DNA of 64,000 nt, from NCBI GenBank assembly GCA_977017645.1, contig OZ360230.1:16802001-16866000 (forward strand), read 5' to 3'. The position numbers and the translations under genes were made by a program. Shown here one piece after another: positions 26,401 to 38,704 of this stretch. The DNA comes from Torpedo marmorata (lineage: Eukaryota). Within the stretch, counting starts at the first letter, position 1. Each line of letters starts with the position of its first letter. The notes under the pieces are model-generated. The model ran no database searches and was not told the origin of the DNA. It was given only the letters and a program-made list of their open reading frames with translations.

Positions 26401-27744
26401 AGCCTCCGTTTCCCCCGGGCTTCGGCCCATCCAGTCCGTTCTCTTCGGCCAGACCTGCCCCCCTACCTTTCAATGAGAATGCAACCTTCTTCTATTGATC
26501 ACCCTGTGCTTGCTGGCTGAGGCATTTGCAGCACATATTCTGTACCTTTAGTGGAAAGGAAACAAATCCCCAGATACTATGCACGTGAAGTTTTTTTTTA
26601 AAAAAAGGAATTGTCATTTTCATTGTTTTCCTCTTTGTTTTTTTTTTCATTTTAAACAACGGGCTGTGGTGAGATTTGCAACTCTTGGGAGTACTGTGTG
26701 AAGCAGACTCCAATTATTATTAACAGCTCATCTTTAATCCAAACCTTTGATAATATTTTTATTATGGGGCGCCACGAAGTACATGGTTCCTTGGTTGCAA
26801 CTTGATACATTTTAATATGACTAAAAATAATATCCTGGAACAACTGGATCTGATGAAAGCTTCTCATTCTTCAATGACTGTGTATCATTTCCCACGTGCA
26901 AGCTGTGTCATATGTCTGCATTGTAAATTGCCACACAAGCGAAGTGGAACAAGTCTTTCAGGGTTGCTAGATTGGGCTGGTGCTGTGTGCGGACAGATAA
27001 TGAAAAACAGGGCCACTGCAGAAACTTGCCGGAGGAAAAAAAAACTGCACTTTCAAGTTGCTTGATCAAATTGCTGATACCAACAAAATTAATTTCACCT
27101 ATTTGAGGGTGCCTACTGGGATAGAATTGTTTCATTTTAGGGTGGGGTACAGTTAATAAATGAAATAACTGATAATTGAATGCACTTTTAATTCCTTGGT
27201 TTAATTCCTTGGTTTTAATCTTCCCTGGATGTCTTGTTTTGTCTGCTATCAGACAATGTGGACTTGGATTATTTGTTAATGTGAGGCTGCTGTGTTGAAA
27301 ACCAGTCCTAAAGTATACACAGAGGAAACCTTGCAAAACACTATCCGTTTGGAGTAGAATGGTGAATTGAAGAATTAATGCACTGAGAGCTTGCAGTTTT
27401 TTAAATCCTGAGGCATGAACTATCATCAAGAGGGCAGGAAGAGGTCATGAACTCGCTGATAGAAAATCAGAAATAGCTATGGCCCAATACCGAAAAGACT
27501 GATTGGGAAAAGGATAGATATATTGGATTACATTTAAAATGCAGGAGATACAGCATTACAAAATATCGCATTCACTTTTTCCTCAGTTGTTTTAAAATCT
27601 TGATATTCATTGACTCAAATTTTCATCATTCTTTTCTCCATTTAAGTGTCAATGGTTTTAACCAGTTTCTGAAATTGTTATTCCTTTTAAACATACAGTT
27701 TTTGCATGATTATATAAAAGTTGGAAGCTGTAAATTAGAGTCAG

Positions 27745-28115
27745 AGAATTGAACAGAACAGAAAGAGGCCCTTCTGCCTACCACAACCGTGCCCATCTGC
27801 ACATATCGTATTTGCCCACATTAGGTCTGTATCTTATGATATTTTGCCTGTTAAAGTTCCTGTCCAAATGTTGCTTAAATATAGTGATTATATCAGAATC
27901 CACCTCCTTGTCTAGCAAATATCAACCTCTCTCTGTACATTAAAAAAAGTTTTTCTTCAAATCTCCTGTATAACAACTTCTCACCTTAAACCTGTGGACT
28001 CTTGAATCATGGGCAAAAGATTCTGTCTTTCTACCCTATCTGTTCTCTTATATTTTTACTTACCTCCTTCAGGTCACCCCCTCAACCTCCTCCACTCCAG
28101 GGAAAACAAACCAAA
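27745..28115 (-). mobile_element. Old CR1 LINE 3' fragment
   Basis: Tail acagaaagaggcccttctgcc, then cacctccttcaggtcacccctcaacctcctccactccagggaaaaca, homologous to 4210-4260. Confidence 0.65.
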
Positions 28116-30409
28116 ACAATTTGGCTGAGTAATCAACTGGATGCAAAAGTGCATATTAAAAGTATTGTGGAGAGTGTGTGTGTGTGGGATGGCAGAAGTG
28201 AGTATCATACATTAGGTGAGAGGGGGAGCTGTAGGTTAGGCAGCTGCAGGCTGTACAAACATTAACTGAAACCAAAAATAGTTTGAGGAGTAGCATTTTT
28301 TTCATGAAGTGATAGTAATATAAACTATGACCCTCAAATGTAATCAAGATGCAAGACATGGCGTTAAAAATCTAGATGAATACTGACATTTGTTGGCTGC
28401 TCTGTTGTTCACTATTCTACAGGTTGGTGTCTCTCACCAGCTGGTCAGCCACATCCTTGTTTGAAACTGTACTGGATTCTAACTGTAGTGACGATTCAAG
28501 AAATGCTTGCACTCACTGAATAATAGATCTGATAGTTTTAACATCAATGGAATGAATTTTAGAGCAGAGAACAAAACCTTGATATTGTCACATAGTGTTA
28601 CCGATCAAGGATGAATTCTAGCAATGGATTTCAAATTTGATGAAAAGTGAAATTCCATGGAAATTCCATGGAACCTTTGCCTCGCTGTGAGGAAAATTAC
28701 ACTTCGTGGTCTTGAACACTTCATAGTTATTTTTCAAATATATGTTATTAATATGCATATATTTTATAGCTTCTTTCATACTTTTGTGTCAATAAACCAA
28801 AATGATAAGATAACAGACATGGTCAAATTTCCTGTACAGTTGCCTTTTTGTTCTAATAGTTTAAATTGATATTTAATGTAACTGTTTTGGGTGTATTCAA
28901 AATTCAAGGACATAGTGTAGGTAATAAACCTATAAATGTTAGATTAGACTCGGTAGCACTAGATAATACTTCGGGATAGATGAGAAGGATTGTGAGAAAA
29001 TTAATTGCACTCGGCTAGATGTGACATTTTTTTAAAGTAGGCAAATGGATCATGTTTAAACGTCAACTCTGCACATGCACAAACCAGTGCCTTGATAACA
29101 CTTCACACAGCCCGCTCTGCAGACAAGCCTGTGAAAAAAAGTCAATGACTCCCTCTGTCAAGTGCCCTTCGAGACAACAATGAGCATGAGTGTGCTTCAC
29201 TAGGGAAGGGGAGGCACTCCACAGCACTAATGGAGCTTTTGATTCCTCCCTTTGCGGGGCAGTAATTAGTGATCGATGGTGTGTGCAGCTGGCCAGATGT
29301 TTTACAGTCTGTGTTGCCTTTTGCTAAACATTCTTAAGCAGCAGGAGTTTGAAGTTAACACAGGACAAATGAACAGAACATTGTGATAGCTTGATTTAAA
29401 ATACTGAGCAATCAGGAAGCGATTTAATTAAAGAGAAAGGAAAATGAAGATACAGTGGGGTCTGAAGCGTTGGTCATCTGATTGAAGTACATTGTTAGTA
29501 CAAATACAAGACTGACCTTGAGTTTTATGTTACTGCATGAAAAATTAAAAGAAAAAAAAATGAAGTAGGTCAAGATGGAAAATGGGAAAGGTGTCTAATT
29601 ATTATAAACTTTAATATCACTGAAAACCAATAGTTTTATTTACTATACCAGTAGTTGCACTTAATATTTTTGTGTGGATCATGAAAGTGAAGAGAGAAGG
29701 TAAATTTGCCAATATACCAACTAAACTTTAGGAGTCAAACCTAAATAGCTTCAGTTAGTTGTGGTCAGCAGCCCAGTATTGGATCAGTTTTCTTACAGTT
29801 TAATATTGTGCTTTGCATTCTGAACTCTCTAGATGGAGAAAAGTTTTTTTTTGTTGGACTATCCTTCCTTTGACCTGCTTCTACTCCATAAAATCCTGGA
29901 AGATTGTTGAGACTTGTGATTGATTGACAGTGCCTAGAGCGAGATTTGGTAAAATCTTGCATACAATTCACTATCTACCAACCTCAAACAGTAACACAAT
30001 AAATGCAGTCAATTAACAAATGAACAGTACGAGTCTGAGACAACCAGTAATTCCCAATTAGTACAAATGACCATGTTTGAAAACAAATCATACAGATTCA
30101 TCATTGACTATTTTAGCTTTGAATCAAAGAATTAAGTTTAGTTATTTATTGTCTCTCGAACTGGTGTTGAAAGAATGTTTTTTTGTATGGCCTTGGTTTG
30201 TGCATGTTGTGTTCACATTTTTTAATTTGTGTGAATGTATGAATGAAGTTGGTTTCCGAAAGTTATTGACAAAAGAACCAAAACACTGGGGCAACAGATT
30301 AGAAACTGACGTTCGATTCTAATCACGAGTACATTGATTCGCTGTGCACAGATGAAATGTGGGGATACTGTTAGAACAATCACACAGCTTGTTTTCTCCC
30401 ACTACCCCA

Positions 30410-30505
30410 GTTCTGACAAAGGACCATGAACCTGAAATGTTTATACTATTTCTCTCTTCATAGTGTGCTGCTTGACCTGCTGTGTATTTCCAGCATAATT
30501 TAAAA
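30410..30505 (+). mobile_element. Penelope-like 3' tail fragment
   Basis: ttctgacaaaggaccatgaacctgaaatgtt..gctgcttgacctgctgtgtatttccagcat. Confidence 0.6.
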
Positions 30506-30850
30506 AAAATCTTTTTATTCCTATTAACCTTGATGTCTTGATATCCATNNNNNNNNNNNNNNNNNNNNNNNNNNNNNNNNNNNNNNNNNNNNNNNNNNNN
30601 NNNNNNNNNNNNNNNNNNNNNNNNNNNNNNNNNNNNNNNNNNNNNNNNNNNNNNNNNNNNNNNNNNNNNNNNNNNNNNNNNNNNNNNNNNNNNNNNNNNN
30701 NNNNNNNNNNNNNNNNNNNNNNNNNNNNNNNNNNNNNNNNNNNNNNNNNNNNNNNNNNNNNNNNNNNNNNNNNNNNNNNNNNNATGTTTATGCATATGTA
30801 TGTGTTTATGCATATATATGTGTTTATGCATGTACTGTATACAGTATATA

Positions 30851-31565
30851 CAGTACATTTTCCCGTATCCGAAGTTCTAAATACTGAAAAGATCCAAAAA
30901 CCGAACTTTTTTTTAGCGCTGACATGACGTCACGTTGAAAAAATTTATCACCCGACTTGCCCATGTGGGGCTCTGACGCTCTGTTGGCGCTAGTTTGGTA
31001 ACAACAGAGCTCAGAACCAGCCGGGAATACAGACGCTGAATGGCTGGATGTCGGCTCAGAGAAGCAGGCTGGAATCTCGAGCCATCAGTGAGCGACTGGA
31101 GGAAGTCGACGGGTCAGGCAGCGCATGGGGAGAAATTAGGTGCAAGGGTCAGCCCTTAAACCAAAGGGCATGAACGCCGATTGTCTTCATTTCAGGTAAC
31201 TCCCTCCCCTCTCTCTTTACATTTCTTCTTTACCCTCCACTGTACTTGGTTTACAAACTGCGTGCCGCTGTCTCCCAGCCGCAAGCGGTGAGGAGAATCC
31301 TTTGTCCCGGTGTCATCAAGGAGAGCGGCCTCCCGGGCAGGAGCGGGGACCTCGGGCTCCCGGGCAGGAGTGGGGACCGTAGTCGGTACCGGCGGCGGTG
31401 GGGAGATGTCGGGGATCGGCGGTGGCGGTGGGGAGATGGGGATCGGCGGCGGCTGATGCTACTGTGCTGTTTTTGGGTTTTTTCGGTTTTGTTCCGATAA
31501 CCGAAAAAACCCCAAAACCGAACAACGTCTGGTCCCAAGTGTTTCGGATACAGGGAAATGTACTG
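30851..31565. mobile_element. Tc1/mariner (Tigger-like) non-autonomous element with GC-rich interior
   Basis: TIRs CAGTACATTTTCCCGTATCCGAA / TTCGGATACAGGGAAATGTACTG. TA on both sides (30849-50, 31566-67). Confidence 0.88.
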
Positions 31566-32068
31566 TAATATGTTTGCCATTTTTGTATAAGAAATTGTGC
31601 TAAAATGTAGCTGGGGGAGAGGAAAATTAGTAGTAAACATAATTTCCTGGCTGAAATTTAAAGGGAACAAATGTGGTAAATATTACTACCGTAATTCTGT
31701 AAGTTCTGTTTTTAATAAAAATAAGTTGTGCAATTAATTATATAGCATTTTGCTTGTATCACAAATGTGATATTACAAAACAAGATGAAAATATTATTGC
31801 AATCAAAAGTTTGATTTTAATAGACATGGTGGCATCCAAAGACTTCCCACTTTTTTGCAATACATCCTTTTAACCGTTGAAGATTTTATTCAGTATCTTG
31901 AATTTTGTGGCAAAATATTTTAGAACTATATTCTCAGTTGGCTACAGTTATTTGGTAAATTATTGTTTCTGATTTCAGAATTTCAACTATGGTAGCAAAC
32001 TACGATTATTTAAAATAAAGCTTTAAAAATGTTGGTGGATGAAGTGTGTTTAAAGTGCCATCTGATAG

Positions 32069-32143
32069 CAGCAGACAAAATGGCAGAGCATCAGCAGACA
32101 AAATGGCAGAGCATCAGCAGACAAAATGGCAGAGCATCAGCAG
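32069..32143 (+). repeat. 23-bp tandem repeat x3.3 (CAGCAGACAAAATGGCAGAGCAT)
   Basis: Three perfect copies plus a partial one, read directly from the sequence. Confidence 0.95.
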
Positions 32144-33299
32144 GTTTCAAAGGAACCCAGAACTGCACTTGCTTCACAAGAGTGTTTTTTTTATTTAGAA
32201 TTTTTTGAGTGAAAAAGTAATCATAACTAGTGAAAGGGTTATTCTTGAATTTTATTTCTAATGGTAAATGCTTGTATTTTTAAAGGATCTAATTCCATGA
32301 AATAATCTCTGGCTCCCTTTTAAGTCGTGCCCAAAATGAGGGTTTCCAGGTCAATGAAATATAACATTTTGTTGCTTAGCTGAATATTTTCATCTTCCTT
32401 TCTCTTCAGTCCTCCAAAAGTAACAGTCAATCAGGGTCTTGTAGCTAATGTTACATACTGGAAAAATATTCCCTTGTAAAAGTAAATACTAAAATTTGAA
32501 TGCAGTATTACTCAGAGATCCAAACTGATCAGAATGCTGATTAAGAGACTTAACTTCAATCCATATAAAAGAGTAAGGGTTTTCTTGATGTGAAGCTTTT
32601 TGAAAACTAACATATAATTCAACATGGTAAGATGCAGGAGCTATGTAAGCGAGGGCTATTTTTCCTGCATGTGATAGTCATGATTTACATATTATTTTTC
32701 AGAAAATAAGCATTACATCATTCAAATTTTGTGAAGTCTGTCCTTCATTACGTTACCCACTGAATGTGCACTGATAAGTACGAGGCACGTTTGTAACTTA
32801 TTACATCTCAATGTTGACAATATATGCCAGTTTCTATTTAACCAAACCTCAATTTTTTGAGAAGAAAATTGATAAATGTAAAATAAATCTAATTACATGA
32901 ATTCCACGTACACATGATGATAATATAATTTTATAATTAATTTAGTTAAAACTAGCATTTGGTTGAAATTTGAATAAGGTTTCTTACTGTGTCCAGAGGA
33001 AAAATAATATTTGGTGATACAGTCTGTGTGTAGAATTGAGATTGGCCATTTAAAATCTATTGTATATCAGATGTGAAATGAAATCTCATACAAACATTAG
33101 CAAAACTTACAAACTATCTGACATGTGACAAATTACCCATTTTAAGGAACATTTTGTGCAGTGCACTTTGGACCTGTTGATTGCCACTTAAATTTCAAAT
33201 TATTTTCCTATTAAATAAAAAATTGAAACTAGTATGTAGTATAAAATAATTTAGGCATATCATTGACTTTAAAATCTCAGGATTAGAAATATGATTCTA

Positions 33300-34532
33300 A
33301 TTTGGTTTCAAAAAGGAATTTTAAAAATAAATGATTGTTTTGAAGCTAGTAAATTTATTACTTTTCAAAGAATGAAAGAGAAGTTTAATGTATTAAATAA
33401 TACACTTTTTGCTTATTATCAAATTAGAGCATTTTTAGTTGAAAGGTTGGGTTATAGTTTAACTTTACCAAGACAAAGTGAATTGGAACTATTAGTTACT
33501 AATGGGGGTATAAATAAATTTATTTCTCAAATGTATAGATTGTTACAGAGAAAAATGCCTAAATTAGGAATTCATAAATCAAGATTAAAATGGGAATCAG
33601 ATCTGAATGTAATAATAGATGAGGAACATTGGAAAGAAATATGTAAACAAAGTATGACGAAGATTATTAACGTGAGATATAGGTTAGTGCAATATAACCT
33701 TTTGCATCAATTATATTTAACACCTAAGAAATTAAAGAAATTTAATTTGACATTATCAGGTTTATGTTATAGATGTAATAAAGAGGAAGGTTCTTTTGTA
33801 CACTCTACGTGGCTTTGTCCAAAGATATATGATTTTTGGTTGAAAGTTTAAAAGTTTTTAGATAAAGTATTAAGAATTACATTCCCAATGGAACCTATGA
33901 TAATTTTGTTTGGAGATATTAAAAGAATTAGTATTAAAATGAGATTAAATATGTATCAAATAGAATTTTTGAGAATTGCTTTAGCTGTTTCAAAGAAATG
34001 CATGGAAATCTGATGTAGATTTAGGGTTAGAAAGATGGCATGCAGAACTTCGTTCAGCTATACCACTTGAAAAGATTACTTATAATTTACGTAACAAATA
34101 TCATTTCTTTTTGAAAATATGGAGCCCATATATAAAAACTATGGGTCTAAGGATTTGAAGATCTCTGGATATCAGATCTGACTGGTGAACCTGTGCTCCA
34201 CAATAAAATTAGCTTATAGTTGTCCTTTTTAGATTNNNNNNNNNNNNNNNNNNNNNNNNNNNNNNNNNNNNNNNNNNNNNNNNNNNNNNNNNNNNNNNNN
34301 NNNNNNNNNNNNNNNNNNNNNNNNNNNNNNNNNNNNNNNNNNNNNNNNNNNNNNNNNNNNNNNNNNNNNNNNNNNNNNNNNNNNNNNNNNNNNNNNNNNN
34401 NGGTGGGAGGGTTAGGAAGGGGAGGGAGGGAGGGGGGGGTGAAAATATATCACATGTATTTTGATAATTTTGCATTTTATAAATATGTATTATCGAGTGA
34501 TTTAAAATTTTAAATAAAATATTTTTTAAAAA
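33300..34532 (+). mobile_element. 5'-truncated L1-clade LINE (ORF2 C-terminus with stop/frameshift, 3' UTR spanning an N-gap)
   Basis: Homologous to 25-915. 15-bp TSD agaaatatgattcta (33285-99) / agaaatttgattcta (34533-47). The TT|AGAAA target resembles the L1 endonuclease consensus. G-tract at 34402-41, then AATAAA. Confidence 0.9.
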
Positions 34533-36383
34533 AGAAATTTGATTCTAGTTCTTTGATTGGTTAAATTATCACATATACATTAATTGTAGTGTGTGACATG
34601 AAGTACCGGTACATTCTTTACTTGGTACACACAATGTGTGTTATGTAAGGTTTGTTTTTTGTGAGGCGTTATATATGGCACGCATGTTTTGGTGAATCAA
34701 GTGTGGAACGCTTGGTAAGGCACATAATATATTGTAAAGTGTGGCACATAATGTAAGGTAAATTTTTTGTAGTGTTGTGATAAGGAAACAAGTTACATGA
34801 GAGCATTGTAAAGAACTTGTGCCAAGAGTATTGTGCTTTGAAAATTTACAACTTCATCACGTGGTTCACTGGGAAGCCCACTGGTAAAACTATCCTAACA
34901 GAGGCTCTATTTATTTTAGCAAAAGAATTTTAAAATGACATTTCCACATTACCATATATGCTTTACACTTTTTGCAAGGTTTGTGCATTCAGAGATAAAA
35001 TTTTACCAACATTAGTGATAGTTAGGTGAGTGAACTGACTTGAAGATAGTTTACTAAATGGAATGCAATCTTTCAGGAACCGATCCTATCTGCGATTTAC
35101 TGTGAAGTTAAACATTAATGTGTTAAGTGGCTTTGTACTTTGCTGAGAACATAGCATAACCCATGAAGTAAAAACACTTGCAACAGGGTAGTGGATGTCT
35201 GTTGAACCACAGGACTATACTTGTTTTATGGAAGACACCAAAGATAAGAACAGTGAATAAAGATAATAGAAGAACTTTCCAAAACTCTTGTAAAATGTCT
35301 GTGCAACAGCAAATACAACTGGCCTCTAGCCCCTAGGCTAAAAAGTGCAAATTTTCTCCAGAAATGTTGCAAAGAAGACGAAAATACATTCGGCAGTCAT
35401 TGAAAATGTAACTCGTATTACTCTAAACAAAACATTTTTCTATTGTTTTTACATAACCTGGGTATTGAACACAGGTACATGAAAGGAAGCTTATGTAAAC
35501 TAAAAGGTAAAGCGTGTGCATTAATAAAACAGTGTAAAGCGTGAGAAAGGGTTTCACAGTACAATTTTGTTTTTGCCTGGGGCACCTCCATGGTCAGGAA
35601 CTAGTTAGTGATTGTGCATTTCAGAAAGCCAATGCCAAACTTACACAGTAGTCCCTTTGTTACACCATCCACACCATCACCCATACCTAACCAAATTAAG
35701 TCAACTCATCCCTTCACATTCTTTAACTGTCTGACTCGGTTCGAGGCTGCATATTCAAACACTGCAGTCATTTCATGGTCTTGCGGGATAATTACATGTT
35801 GGTTATATTGGATCACAGCAAATCTGCCAATTTATGTATTCGAAATGCAAACTTTTTGACCTGTTAACATGAACAAGATGCAATTAGTTACATATTATAA
35901 TTTTATGTCAGCAGGAGCCAGAAAGTGGTTCTGAATACATTTAACCATATTCCAGCTTGCCCGATATTATAATGCAATGGGTAGATATGTTGCAAAACAC
36001 CCCCCTTTGGTTTGTGTTTGATTCCAGGTGGAAATCAAGATAAAATCACAGTCATGCCTTTTGGGAAATATTTCCTTTCTACCATTGGTAACTGCATTGT
36101 AAAGTCTATGTGAAAAAATAGACACAGAAAACAACTGCAGTAAAATCCCTGTTATCCAGAATTCAAGCAACCGGCAGCCTCCAGCAACCGGCAACAAAAA
36201 AAAAAAATCACGGAAAATAAATAGGTAAAAAATACAAAAGTTTAAATTTGGCACTCCCTAGTGGTTAGATCACCAATCACGCAACACACAATCTCATGCA
36301 ACGGGAAAATATACCGTATATTTCGGCGTATAAGTCGAGTCTTGAAACCCTCAAAAATCTCTCAAAAAACGGGGGTCAACTTA

Positions 36384-37324
36384 CCGTATATTTCGGCGTA
36401 TAAGTCGACCCTTGAAACTCTCAAAAATGTCTCAAAAAACGGGGGTCGACTTATACGCCGGATATACTTTTGAGACCTTAAAATCAGCTCACAATCGAGT
36501 TCACGCCGATTCGGCGTATAAGTCGACCCCTGAAAACACGATTCGGCGTATAGGTCGACCCTGGAAGCGCCTCCCCACCGCTCCTGCTCGGGAGAACAAC
36601 GTCCCCGCTCCTGCTCGGGAGAACGACGTCCCCGCTCCTGTTCGGGAGAACGAGCTCCCCGCTCCTGCTCGGGAGAAAGACGTCCCCGCTCCTGCTCGGG
36701 AGAAAGACGTCCCCGCTCCTGCCCGGGAGAACGAGCTCCCCGCTCCTGCTCGGGAGAACGAGCTCCCCGCTCCTGCCCGGGAGAACGAGCTCCCCGCTCC
36801 TGCCCGGGAGAACGAGCTCCCCGCTCCTGCCCGGGAGAACGAGCTCCCCGCTCCTGCTCGGGAGAAAGACGTCCCCGCTCCTGCTCGGGAGAACGAGCTC
36901 CCCGCTCCTGCTCGGGAGAACGAGCTCCCCGCTCCTGCTCGGGAGAAAGACGTCCCCGCTCCTGCTCGGGAGAGCGAGCTCCCCGCTCCTGCTCGGGAGA
37001 AAGACGTCGCCGCACCTGCATCTTCCCGGCCAGAAGGAAAGGTTTTTTTTTACTGTTTTTTTTTTTACTTACCGGTACTTGCTTAATTTACAGCTTTGTT
37101 ACTTGGTGATTGGGATGTTGTAACAAATTTTGGGCTGTTGCTGGGAGGCCCAGACAGCCTGAAAATTGGGGGTCGACTTATATGCCGGTCAATGCGCAAC
37201 ATCTCAGGCATCGCGATTTATGGGGGTCAACTTATACGCCGGATATACCATAAAACCATTAAAATGAGGCTGAAAAAGGGGGGTCGACTTATCCGCCGGT
37301 CGACTTATACGCCAAAATATACGG
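36384..37324. mobile_element. Tc2-like non-autonomous element, inner copy inserted into its own family member
   Basis: Same TIRs, with TA duplicated at 36382-83 and 37325-26. Removing it restores gtcaactTAtacgtcggatatac of the outer copy. Confidence 0.88.
36575..37020 (+). repeat. 27-bp GC-rich minisatellite (~16 units, GCTCCTGCTCGGGAGAACGAGCTCCCC)
   Basis: Direct tandem units; they produce the PAPARENEL / SPEQERGAR pseudo-ORFs. Confidence 0.95.
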
Positions 37325-37559
37325 TATACGTCGGATATACTTTTGAGCCCTTAAAATCAGCTCAAAAACCAATCCACGCCGATTTGGCGTATAAGTCGAC
37401 CCTTGAAAAACCGATTTGGCGTATAAGTCAACCCATGAAAAACCGATTCGGCGTCTATGTCGACGCTGGAAGCACCTCCCCACCGCCGGCGCTGCCGCTC
37501 CCCGACACCTCCCCACTGCCGGGTTCCGCCATAAACCACCCAGACATTCTACAATTGTA

Positions 37560-38200
37560 GAGCCTGAGGTCGCCGCTCCTACCCGGGAGAACGAGGTCGC
37601 CGCTTCTGCCCGGAGAACGGGGTCGCCGCTCCTGCCCGGGAGCCTGAGGTCGCCGCTCCTACCCGGGAGAACGAGGTCGCCGCTCCTACCCGGGAGAACG
37701 AGGTCGCCGCTCCTGCCCGGGAGAACGAGGTCGCCGCTCCTGCCCGGGAGCCTGAGGTCGCCGCTCCTACCCGAGAGAACGAGGTCGCCGCTTCTGCCCG
37801 GAGAACGGGGTCGCCGCTCCTGCCCGGGAGCCTGAGGTCGCCGCTCCTGCCCGGGAGAACGAGGTCGCCGCTCCTGCCCGGGAGAACGAGGTCGCCGCTC
37901 CTGCCCGGGAGCCTGAGGTCGCCGCTCCTACCCGGGAGAACGAGGTCGCCGCTCCTGCCTGGGAGCCTGAGGTCGCCGCTCCTGCTCGGGAGAACGAGGT
38001 CGCCGCTCCTGCCCGGGAGAACGAGGTCGCCGCTCCTGCTCGGGAGAACGAGCTCCCCGCACCTGCTCAGGAGAAAGACGTCACCGCACCTGCTCGGGAG
38101 AACGAGCTCCCCGCACCTGCTCAGGAGAAAGACATCGCCGCTCCTGCTCGGGAGAACGAGGTCCCCGCACCTGCTCAGGAGAAAGACGTCGCCACTCCTG
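37560..38200 (+). repeat. 27-bp GC-rich minisatellite (~23 units, GTCGCCGCTCCTGCCCGGGAGAACGAG)
   Basis: Direct tandem units related to the 36575 array. Confidence 0.95.
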
Positions 38201-38704
38201 CATCTTCCAGGCCAGAAGCAAAGGTTTTTTTTACTGTTTTTTTTTACTTACCGGTACTTGCTTAATTTACAGCTTTGTTACTTGGCGATTGGGGTGTTGT
38301 AACAAATTTTGAGTTGTTGCTGGGAGGCCCGGACAGCCTGAAAATTGGGGGTCGACTTATACGCCGGATATACAATAAAACCATTAAAATGAGGCTGGAA
38401 AAGGGGGGTCGACTTATCTGCCGGTCGGCTTATACGCCAAAATATACGGTACTTATCCAGCATCTACCAATCCCCATCGATGCCGGATATCAGGGGTTTA
38501 CTGTAGTTATATAAATACACAGTAGATTTACTTCATTGTGATATGAATGAAGTCTTGGTTTAGAAATTGTTCATTGTCCAATTATTTACACTTCTGCAAT
38601 GGTGTTTAAAGAACAATTGATTACTTGTGCACTGACTCCGGTGCTTTAAGATTTACGAATTAATGCTTTAAATGGTGTATGTGACTATGACAAGTTGCAG
38701 CAAA

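Larger units (their letters stand above)
36314..38449. mobile_element. Tc2-like (CCGTA-TIR) non-autonomous element, outer copy
   Basis: TA-CCGTATATTTCGGCGTATAAG ... CTTATACGCCAAAATATACGG-TA. Confidence 0.88.
36138..38503. mobile_element. Tigger-like MITE (same family as 8561-8910) hosting nested insertions
   Basis: Ends CAGTAAAATCCCTGTTATCC / GGATATCAGGGGTTTACTG-TA. The sequence flanking the insert rejoins to match the 8561 copy (gaaaata..cttatccagcatctaccaatcccc). Confidence 0.88.

Noticed and set aside
36575-38200. CRISPR-like array, or a repetitive protein gene (ORFs 36362-37021, 36412-37086, 37416-37835)
   Set aside because: The 27-bp units are head-to-tail with no unique spacers and no cas genes. 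The ORFs arise because a stop-free unit divisible by 3 is repeated inside a MITE.
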